From: Nanobdellati archaeon
Lineage (GTDB): Archaea > Nanobdellota > Nanobdellia > UBA10117
Assembly: GCA_016182015.1 (NCBI GenBank)
Contig: JACOYC010000012.1
Span: 29,623-93,622, forward strand
Length of the DNA stretch: 64,000 bases
Direction: 5' to 3'
In this document: piece after piece, positions 57,516 through 64,000 of the stretch
Numbering within the stretch: the first letter of the stretch is position 1
Layout: every line of letters starts with the position of its first letter
Translations under genes and position numbers: made by a program
The notes under the pieces: model-generated
Databases searched by the model: none
What the model saw: only the letters and a program-made list of their open reading frames with translations
What the model was told of the DNA's origin: nothing

Positions 57516-57949
57516 AACAGGCAACAATTGCATGGATCGCGATAGCTGTTTTCCTTGGCGCGTTTGGCGGGCCATTGCTGACCGGCCAGCACAGCGCCAG
57601 CACAGCAGTAAGCCCGCTTGACTTTTCGGTTAAATCCGTAACTTACTCAGACACAAAGGCAGGCCTGCCGTTTACAGCAACAATTGTTTTTTCAAACTCA
57701 GGTTCGATAAGCGCGAGCTATGCAAAATATAATTATGAAGTCTTTGGCGAATTTGGAAATTTGTTTTACTCAAATACTGATTATGTGCAAGTCCTGCCAG
57801 TCGGCGGGGACGCAACAGTAACAACGCCAGCTTATGTTACGATGCCAGCAGGCAAGTACACAGTTCGCGTAACGATAGACAGCGACAAAAATTTTGACGA
57901 ACTGGATGAGACAAATAATAAGTGGGAAGAAAGCTTGGTGATTAAATAG
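57512..57949 (+). CDS. Secreted CARDB-like protein (paralog)
   Basis: Signal peptide; FDELDETNNKWEESLVIK; 4-nt overlap with the upstream gene. Confidence 0.6.
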   Translation: MKQATIAWIAIAVFLGAFGGPLLTGQHSASTAVSPLDFSVKSVTYSDTKAGLPFTATIVFSNSGSISASYAKYNYEVFGEFGNLFYSNTDYVQVLPVGGDATVTTPAYVTMPAGKYTVRVTIDSDKNFDELDETNNKWEESLVIK

Positions 57950-58033
57950 GCCTTTAGTTTTTTATTTAGTTTTTTTGGCACGTTAGTATGTAACCGCAAG
58001 CTATATAAATAGTCTTTTACATATAAATATAAA

Positions 58034-58474
58034 ATGGCCACACATGTCGATAGTAAAGCTTTAGCAGGAATAGCCGTATTTATCGCGCTTGCAGCGTTTG
58101 CCAGCCCATATTTGACTGGTAATGTAGCAGCAACAGTTGACAATCTGGATTTGGTTGCTTCTGATGTGACTGTGCCAGCCAGAATACTGGCCAGCGTTGA
58201 GTTCCAGCCGACATTCAAAGTCAGTAATGTGGGCACTGCCGGCATAAGCTCGACAATTTACAAATACGAAATCCTGCGTGGCACGCAACTTTTTACGAGT
58301 TCGACAGAAACATTTACTATAATTGGCGGCCGAGAGCAAATAGTGGAACTGCCGAGGAATATATACCTGCCAGCAGGCACGTACACGCTCAGAGTAACCG
58401 TTGACCCGTACAACTATTATGCTGAAGTAAGCGAGGCTAATAATGTCGCACAGACTGAGTTTACAGTTGTTTAA
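58034..58474 (+). CDS. Secreted CARDB-like protein (paralog)
   Basis: Signal peptide; AEVSEANNVAQTEFTVV. Confidence 0.6.
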   Translation: MATHVDSKALAGIAVFIALAAFASPYLTGNVAATVDNLDLVASDVTVPARILASVEFQPTFKVSNVGTAGISSTIYKYEILRGTQLFTSSTETFTIIGGREQIVELPRNIYLPAGTYTLRVTVDPYNYYAEVSEANNVAQTEFTVV

Positions 58475-58475
58475 A

Positions 58476-59231
58476 ATGACAAATGTAAAAGCCCTAGCGA
58501 TAATAGTTTCGCTGCTGGTTTTTACAATTGCTGTTGCGCCGAATATAACTGGTTTTGTCACTGCAGTCGATTCTGGCGGATGCAGGGGCGTGCCAACTTT
58601 GACATTAGATCCCAACCCAGTGCAGGCCGGCAAGATAGCAACTGCCAGGGTGTCTGGCCTGATGGACTGCAATGGCAAGACTGTTGATTTGAAGCTGGAC
58701 AGCTGCTTTGGTGCAAAGCTTGGCTCGTTCAGATGCGTTGATAAATTTTGCACTTCCACTTTTCCGGTAAAACTTAGCGCGCCAAAGGACTATTTGATTG
58801 CAGCCTGCATTGACAAGAACGGCAACGGATATTTGTATGATGCAGGCGAACGCGCAGCATCGCTTTTCAAGGTGCGCTCGATGCCGGATGTTTATGTAAA
58901 CAAGATTTCATTCCTGCCAGCAGACCCGAGGAGGGGCCAGCAGGTTATTCCAGTAATCAGCGTCGGAAACCGCGGCTCAGCTTCCGCATATTTCTTTAAC
59001 CTGCGCGTGACCCTTTCCCAAAAGGACAGCAATAACAGGGATGCAACAATTACCTCGTGGGAAAACAATGTTCAGGTTGATGCGAACAGCGTGAAGGACT
59101 TCAGGGCGCCAGGCTACTCTTTGAGTCCGGGCGATTATAAGGTTACGGTAGAGCTGGACAGGCTGGACTACATAGTTGAGCTGAACGAGCGCGATAATAA
59201 TGCAAATGCCAAGCTGAAGGTTTATCCATAA
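58476..59231 (+). CDS. Secreted two-domain protein with C-terminal CARDB-like domain
   Basis: MTNVKALAIIVSLLVF signal peptide; Cys-containing N-domain; C-terminal VELNERDNNANAKLKVYP. Confidence 0.55.
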   Translation: MTNVKALAIIVSLLVFTIAVAPNITGFVTAVDSGGCRGVPTLTLDPNPVQAGKIATARVSGLMDCNGKTVDLKLDSCFGAKLGSFRCVDKFCTSTFPVKLSAPKDYLIAACIDKNGNGYLYDAGERAASLFKVRSMPDVYVNKISFLPADPRRGQQVIPVISVGNRGSASAYFFNLRVTLSQKDSNNRDATITSWENNVQVDANSVKDFRAPGYSLSPGDYKVTVELDRLDYIVELNERDNNANAKLKVYP

Positions 59232-59281
59232 TTGCGGCAGCGTTGCAAAAGCCTTAAAACTCTTCTCTTTCTGATTTTTAT

Positions 59282-59620
59282 ATGGCAAAATCAGTGTTAG
59301 CCGCCGCCCCGCAAAATAAATTTGAGTTATTAGACTGTCTTAGTAGACTGCCGTTAGGAATACCTGAAGAGATACCTTGGAACAAGAAAAAGACCAAGCT
59401 ATTGGAAGAAAAAGTTGATGAAGTAGTTGGGCATGCTATGCGAATCATGGGCAGATATCTGGACTTGCCGGCCGGCGACAATTCAAGGGAGTATTACGGG
59501 CCAGACGTTATTCGATTGAGACAGGCGCATGCAGAATACCAAAAAAATAAGAACAACACCACATTAGTAAAAGTTGCAGAAGCACTGAGCTGCATGGCAG
59601 CATCTATTCGATGGGATTGA
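59282..59620 (+). CDS. Hypothetical protein, atypical composition
   Basis: 112 aa, no recognised domain. Confidence 0.35.
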   Translation: MAKSVLAAAPQNKFELLDCLSRLPLGIPEEIPWNKKKTKLLEEKVDEVVGHAMRIMGRYLDLPAGDNSREYYGPDVIRLRQAHAEYQKNKNNTTLVKVAEALSCMAASIRWD

Positions 59621-59989
59621 TTATTCGGCCTCAATAAGCTTGATTTTCAGAAATTTCTCTAGCTTCCTTGCCAGCCCCAAATCCAAGCGCTTGCCTTGTT
59701 CTGCAGCTTGAATGACTGGCAGTTTTTCGCTTAATCTGTTCGCGAGTTCTTCCTGCTTTAAACCCATTTGCTGCCTTGCCGAGGAAATTATTTTTCCGAA
59801 ATTTTCGGTTACTGTTTCGCCGGATTCCGGCGCAATGTATTGCAGGACTGGCTGCCTTGCCGCAGGCCTTGGCTGTTCGATAATCTTGCCCGTGGAAGAA
59901 CAGGGAGCGCAGACATTTAGAGCTACGCTGTCAACACTTGCTTTCACGGTTGCGCGGGCAGAGCCGCAGATTTCGCAATCAATGGGCAT
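59621..59989 (-). CDS. MBF1-like transcription factor (N-terminal Zn-ribbon plus C-terminal XRE-type HTH)
   Basis: CEICG...CAPC zinc ribbon; HTH region ARQQMGLKQEELANRLSEK. Confidence 0.7.
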   Translation of the reverse strand: MPIDCEICGSARATVKASVDSVALNVCAPCSSTGKIIEQPRPAARQPVLQYIAPESGETVTENFGKIISSARQQMGLKQEELANRLSEKLPVIQAAEQGKRLDLGLARKLEKFLKIKLIEAE

Positions 59990-60033
59990 TACCTAATTAT
60001 TATAAACCCCAAAGATATAAAGTTTTCTATAAC

Positions 60034-60057
60034 AAAAACTAGCTACGGCTAGTTTTT
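60034..60057. promoter_or_regulatory. Perfect 10-bp inverted repeat AAAAACTAGC-tacg-GCTAGTTTTT in divergent MBF1/NMD3 promoter region
   Basis: Seen directly; 27 nt upstream of the NMD3 start. Confidence 0.4.
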
Positions 60058-60083
60058 GAATGCTCAATCACAGGTGATTTCAC

Positions 60084-60761
60084 ATGGGACTCAAATCCAA
60101 ATTCTGTGCAAGGTGCGGAAAAGAGACCGGCAAGCTAGCTGATGGTATCTGTGTCGAGTGCAGGCTTGGCGGGTCAGATATAATAGTGCCGAAGCGCGCG
60201 GTGCTTGTGGCCTGCAAGTCGTGCGGTTCTGTGGACTTTGAGGGCATCTGGATAAAAAGCGACGAGCCAGACGAAACACATTTTGAGAACAATCTGATTA
60301 AAAAAATACGTGTTCCGGAAAACACAGAACTCGAATCCGTGAAAATCTCTGAGCGCAATAACATATTTGGGAAAATTGCAGTCACATTTTCGTTTGCAGG
60401 CCGGCAGTTTACACAAATATTTCCAGTTCAGTTCGAGAAAAAACTGGTCGTGTGCCCGGAGTGCTCGATGCACAGGCGCAAGGAATATGTTGCGACAATC
60501 CAGCTGCGCGACAAGCCAGAGAATGTCAGAAAAATGATGGAAAATATGCGGGGATTTGAGACAAATATTCTGAAGACCGAGGGGCAGAAGCGCGGTATTG
60601 ATATTTATTTCACAAACAAGGAAGCGGCAAAGCATGCCGCGGCAGAGATGAGAAAAGAATTTAATCTGTTCATGAAGCAGTCCGGGCAGGCCTACTCATG
60701 GGATAAGCAGAAGAACAGGCCGAAGTATAAGCTCGTAATTCTGCTGAGGGCGAGGGAATAG
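60084..60761 (+). CDS. NMD3-family protein (ribosomal large-subunit export/biogenesis factor homolog)
   Basis: Two CxxC pairs at the N-terminus (CARCG...CVEC, CKSCG), a further CPEC, and the basic tail typical of archaeal Nmd3. Confidence 0.6.
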   Translation: MGLKSKFCARCGKETGKLADGICVECRLGGSDIIVPKRAVLVACKSCGSVDFEGIWIKSDEPDETHFENNLIKKIRVPENTELESVKISERNNIFGKIAVTFSFAGRQFTQIFPVQFEKKLVVCPECSMHRRKEYVATIQLRDKPENVRKMMENMRGFETNILKTEGQKRGIDIYFTNKEAAKHAAAEMRKEFNLFMKQSGQAYSWDKQKNRPKYKLVILLRARE

Positions 60762-60793
60762 TTTTTAAATCGTGTTTAACAGCTTAATATAAA

Positions 60794-61168
60794 ATGTTCA
60801 AACCACGCCCGCGTTTTCAGCAGAACAGAAGGCCTAATCGGGGCCAGCAAAACCAATCGGGCGAGCAGCAGGTATTCAGGGTAAGGCTGCCGCGAGGGAA
60901 AGAAGTTTTGGGAATTGTTGAAATGCGCCTCGGATTTGGCCACTCCCGAGTCAGATGTGTGGATGGCAAAACCAGAATCTGCCGCGTTCCCGGCGCATTG
61001 AAACGCCAGTTGTGGGTCAGGCCAGATTCTATTGTGCTGATCGAGCCTTGGGAGTATGAGGGCGACAAAAAGGGAGATATAATTTACAAATACACAGACA
61101 ACCAGGCCAGGTGGCTGAAAGAGCAGGGTCATTTGAAGGTGCTGTTTGAGCAGAAGGAATTTGCATAA
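60794..61168 (+). CDS. eif1a: Translation initiation factor aIF-1A
   Basis: S1/OB-fold VLGIVEMRLGFGHSRVRCVDGKTRICRVPGALKRQLWVRPDSIVLIEPWEY. Confidence 0.85.
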   Translation: MFKPRPRFQQNRRPNRGQQNQSGEQQVFRVRLPRGKEVLGIVEMRLGFGHSRVRCVDGKTRICRVPGALKRQLWVRPDSIVLIEPWEYEGDKKGDIIYKYTDNQARWLKEQGHLKVLFEQKEFA

Positions 61169-61210
61169 CAATATAGAAAGATTTAAAAATCCGTTTATAC
61201 TTATTTTTGT

Positions 61211-61990
61211 ATGACACATTCAGATTTAGAGCGTAGAATTAGGGCTGGCGAAACATTAGCGCCAGACGAAGTGTTAGATGTTTGGGATGATGTAAAATGC
61301 GGACTTAGAAAGCAGTTTCCACACGGGACTAGACCTAATAATTATAGTTTTTTAAGAGATAGGCAGCATCGGCGTTGGATACTTCAAAAGTTTATTTCAA
61401 ATTGTTTGCGCGATAAAGGCAGACACCCCGAACAAAATGACTACAAAGATGCAAGACTGAATGGTTTGTTAGGTCATTATTTAAACAGTTCATCGTATGA
61501 TGCGGCAGTGTTTGCAGGTTTTACAAATCCAGAAAATGTTGTGTATTATGATGTAGTTTTAGATAAGATGCCATGGCTTGCCATTCGTTTGCCTCAGAAG
61601 TTCTGGCTGGTTCGAGAAACAAGGACAAAAGGAACAAAATGGGCGGTAAGGGTTTTGCGAAAGCTTGGCAAAACGCCGGAAGAAATTGAATGGCGCGACA
61701 TAGAGCAGTTAATTGGCCATGTACGCGTAACGCAAAAAACACGCTTGACGTTACCTGAGTTATTAGATGAAGCAGGCTATAAAATAAGCCCTGCAAAAAT
61801 GCAAAAAGCGCCAAATAGTTACTGGCGCGAGCCGGAAAACAGGAGAGCGTATATTTTGCACAGAAAAGAGGAGCTAGGCAGACCACCACGCAGCAGGGAA
61901 GTTCCGTCAAGCCTGCTTAGGGCTGCTGGCAGTTATGAATGTTTGCTTGCAGAGGCAGGCTTATTAACATCAGAAGCGAAAAGTGAGTAA
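61211..61990 (+). CDS. Hypothetical protein in the position usually held by Rio kinase
   Basis: 259 aa; no Rio motifs (P-loop STGKEA, HxDLSEYN, IDxxQ absent); atypical composition. Confidence 0.4.
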   Translation: MTHSDLERRIRAGETLAPDEVLDVWDDVKCGLRKQFPHGTRPNNYSFLRDRQHRRWILQKFISNCLRDKGRHPEQNDYKDARLNGLLGHYLNSSSYDAAVFAGFTNPENVVYYDVVLDKMPWLAIRLPQKFWLVRETRTKGTKWAVRVLRKLGKTPEEIEWRDIEQLIGHVRVTQKTRLTLPELLDEAGYKISPAKMQKAPNSYWREPENRRAYILHRKEELGRPPRSREVPSSLLRAAGSYECLLAEAGLLTSEAKSE

Positions 61991-62543
61991 TATGCAATTC
62001 ATTGATGAGATTCTGGTTCCGAGGACAAGGGTTGCTGTAGTTATAGGCCCAAAAGGCGCGACAAAGGTTACCCTGGAACAGCTTGGCAACGTAAAAATTA
62101 CTGTGAAAAATAATTTGGTAGAAGTTGAAGGCACTGACGCTTTGGAAGTAATGATTGCTAAGAATGTGGTTGATGCGGTCGGCCGCGGATTTTCGCCAGA
62201 GTCTGCAAAACTTTTATTCAAAGAAGATTATGCCTACGAAAAACTCTCGCTGCCGGACTACGGACACAAAAAACAAAGCCACCAGCAGCGCGTCCGTGGC
62301 GTAGTGATTGGAGCAAACGGCAAAGCAAAAAATCTGATCGCGCGGGAGACCGGCGCTGAAATTGTGGTGCAGGGCAAGACTGTTGCGATCCTAGGAAAGT
62401 ACGATGCTGTCGAAAAGGCAAGGCAGGCCGTTGAGATGCTGCTTACGGGAAGACGGCATGCCACGGTTTATAGGTTCCTGAGCGGAGGCAAGGGTTCCGC
62501 GAGGCCCAGCCAAGAAGAGCTCGGCTTGGGTTTAGAGCGGTAA
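61983..62543 (+). CDS. KH-domain RNA-binding protein (Dim2/Krr1-like, COG1094)
   Basis: Two KH-like segments VVIGPKGATKVTLEQ and VVIGANGKAKNLIARETGAEI. Confidence 0.75.
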   Translation: MSNMQFIDEILVPRTRVAVVIGPKGATKVTLEQLGNVKITVKNNLVEVEGTDALEVMIAKNVVDAVGRGFSPESAKLLFKEDYAYEKLSLPDYGHKKQSHQQRVRGVVIGANGKAKNLIARETGAEIVVQGKTVAILGKYDAVEKARQAVEMLLTGRRHATVYRFLSGGKGSARPSQEELGLGLER

Positions 62544-62695
62544 TAAATACATAAATTTTATACATAATAATATATAAAAACATATATCTAATATATAAAT
62601 TTATATGTATGCGTCTCTATAAAAATTGATATTGGCGACGTATACCGATTTTCAAGCGAAAGCATTTTAAAGCCTGCTAACTAAACCAATTTCTT

Positions 62696-64000
62696 ATGGT
62701 TGATAAGCCAATCGTAAATAATAACAACGACCTTAGATCGATCTCTCCAGCCGAGTTTTTCGAGAAAAACCGCCATTTGTTAGGTTTCGATAATCCAATC
62801 AAGGCCCTTTTAACAAGCGTAAAAGAGGCAGTAGATAATTCTCTAGACGCCTGCGAAGGCCACAAGATACTGCCAGAGATTTTTATCCAAATCCAGAAGC
62901 TCGGTGAAACAAGATTCAAGATGATTGTGGAGGACAACGGCCCAGGCATTTTAAAAGAACACGTGGCTAAGGCGTTTGGAAAACTCTTGTACGGCTCAAA
63001 GTTCCAGACTTTCGGCGGCAAGCAAGGCCGCGGCCAGCAGGGCATCGGCATCTCGGCCTCTGTGATGTATGGCCAGCTCACGACCGGCAAGCCTGCAAGA
63101 ATAATAACAAGAACCAAGGGTCAGAAAAACGCATTAGTTCAAGAGCTGAAAATAGACATCAAGACAAACGAGCCACAAATCATAACAGAGGCATCAATTG
63201 AGTGGAAGCACGAACACGGAACTCGCGTGGAAATTGAACTAGAAGCAAAATACATGGAGAAGAAAGCCTCAGTTGTAGAATATGTCCGCCAGACCGCGGT
63301 CGTGAACCCGCACGCAAAAATCACATACATCGATCCGGAAGGCCAGAAAACTGTTTTCGACCGTGTGGTTGAAAAGCTGCCAAAAGAAGCTGAGTTCATC
63401 AAGCCGCACCCATACGGCGTTGAGCTCGGCGTTTTGCTAAGGATGCTAAAAGAAACTTCAACAAGGGCGCTAAATTCATTCCTGACAACGGAGTTTGACA
63501 AGGTCGGCTCGACAACAGCGGAGGAGATTCTAAAAACATCCGGCCTTGACCCGAAGATAATGCCCAAACTCTTGTCAGTCGAGCAAGCGGATAAATTAAT
63601 CAAGGCGATGCACGGGTGCAAAATAATGTCTCCGACTACGACGTGCTTATCGCCAATCGGCGACGAGAATTTGAAAAAGGCGTTGGAAGCAGAGTATGAC
63701 TTGGAATTTGCTTTTGCAGTTACAAGACCGCCATCGGTTTACCGCGGAAATCCATTTTTAATAGAAGTTGCAATCGGCTACGGCGGCGAACTGCCGGCAG
63801 ACCAGCCAGTAAAATTAATCCGATTTGCAAACCGCGTCCCACTTTTATACCAGCAGGGCGCGTGCGCGCTGACGAAGTCAATTACAAGCGTTGATTGGAA
63901 GAACTATGGTCTGCAGCAGAGCGGCCAGAACGTGCCGAACGGGCCGGCCATCATTCTCGTGCACATGGCGTCGGTCTGGGCGCCGTTCACTTCAGAATCA
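62696..64000 (+). CDS. top6B: DNA topoisomerase VI subunit B (3' truncated at window edge)
   Basis: GHKL ATPase motifs EAVDNSLDA, VEDNGPGI, GQQGIGISA; transducer domain follows. Confidence 0.9.
   Translation, partial: MVDKPIVNNNNDLRSISPAEFFEKNRHLLGFDNPIKALLTSVKEAVDNSLDACEGHKILPEIFIQIQKLGETRFKMIVEDNGPGILKEHVAKAFGKLLYGSKFQTFGGKQGRGQQGIGISASVMYGQLTTGKPARIITRTKGQKNALVQELKIDIKTNEPQIITEASIEWKHEHGTRVEIELEAKYMEKKASVVEYVRQTAVVNPHAKITYIDPEGQKTVFDRVVEKLPKEAEFIKPHPYGVELGVLLRMLKETSTRALNSFLTTEFDKVGSTTAEEILKTSGLDPKIMPKLLSVEQADKLIKAMHGCKIMSPTTTCLSPIGDENLKKALEAEYDLEFAFAVTRPPSVYRGNPFLIEVAIGYGGELPADQPVKLIRFANRVPLLYQQGACALTKSITSVDWKNYGLQQSGQNVPNGPAIILVHMASVWAPFTSES

Noticed and set aside
61211-61990. Annotating the 259-aa protein as Rio kinase on the basis of position and size
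   Set aside because: None of the Rio ATP-binding or catalytic motifs are present, so positional evidence alone is insufficient.
1-64000. CRISPR arrays, rRNA genes, IS elements or transposases
   Set aside because: No regularly spaced direct repeats with unique spacers, no rRNA-like conserved stretches and no transposase or integrase-like ORFs were seen anywhere in the window.

Overview
This window is archaeal, AT-rich chromosomal DNA. Several traits suggest an uncultivated DPANN-like or otherwise deeply branching archaeon. The housekeeping genes have archaeal signatures: thermosome, DnaG, Top6B, SMC/ScpAB, aIF1A, NMD3, Hel308, and AglB with the WWDYG motif. Translation starts are Shine-Dalgarno led, and all three tRNA genes carry introns.

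Reading left to right, the window holds the following. (1) 1-13.3 kb: an N-glycosylation/surface-glycan locus. It has a UbiA-family prenyltransferase, GT4, radical SAM/SPASM, GT4, GT39-like, GT2, a Wzx-like flippase, an AglH-like GlcNAc-1-P transferase and AglB. A Cys-rich, sequon-rich membrane protein sits next to AglB. (2) 13.4-20 kb: an intron-containing tRNA-Val, an atypical nucleotidyltransferase gene, a frameshifted cca, PAP2, dnaG, a small Toprim protein, an M50 protease and a tandem pair of unknown paralogs. (3) 20.7-22.4 kb: a thermosome gene. (4) 22.5-33.6 kb: a large archaeal type IV pilus-like locus. It has a FlaI/PilB-like ATPase, nine pilin-like genes (including four tandem DUF1628-type paralogs of increasing size), an RHH regulator and two TadB/TadC-like platform genes. 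(5) 33.6-46.8 kb: Hel308, tRNA-Pro with an intron, TrmI, SecF/SecD, and smc-M50-scpA-scpB. (6) 46.9-59.2 kb: surface proteins. These include a roughly 1540-aa E/K-rich coiled-coil giant gene broken by a 20-bp tandem duplication, and a family of at least seven small secreted CARDB-like single-domain paralogs, one of them a pseudogene. A HerA-like ATPase and tRNA-Ser(CGA) with a 101-nt intron at a non-canonical T-loop position also lie here. (7) 59.3-64 kb: MBF1-like, NMD3, aIF1A, an unknown protein occupying the usual Rio-kinase slot, a KH protein and the partial top6B.

No CRISPR array, rRNA or obvious transposase is present. The most unusual items are these: the related roughly 101-nt introns at different positions in two tRNAs; the interrupted giant surface gene with its CARDB-like paralog cloud; the expanded pilin array; the frameshifted cca; and several periodic or palindromic regulatory-looking motifs.
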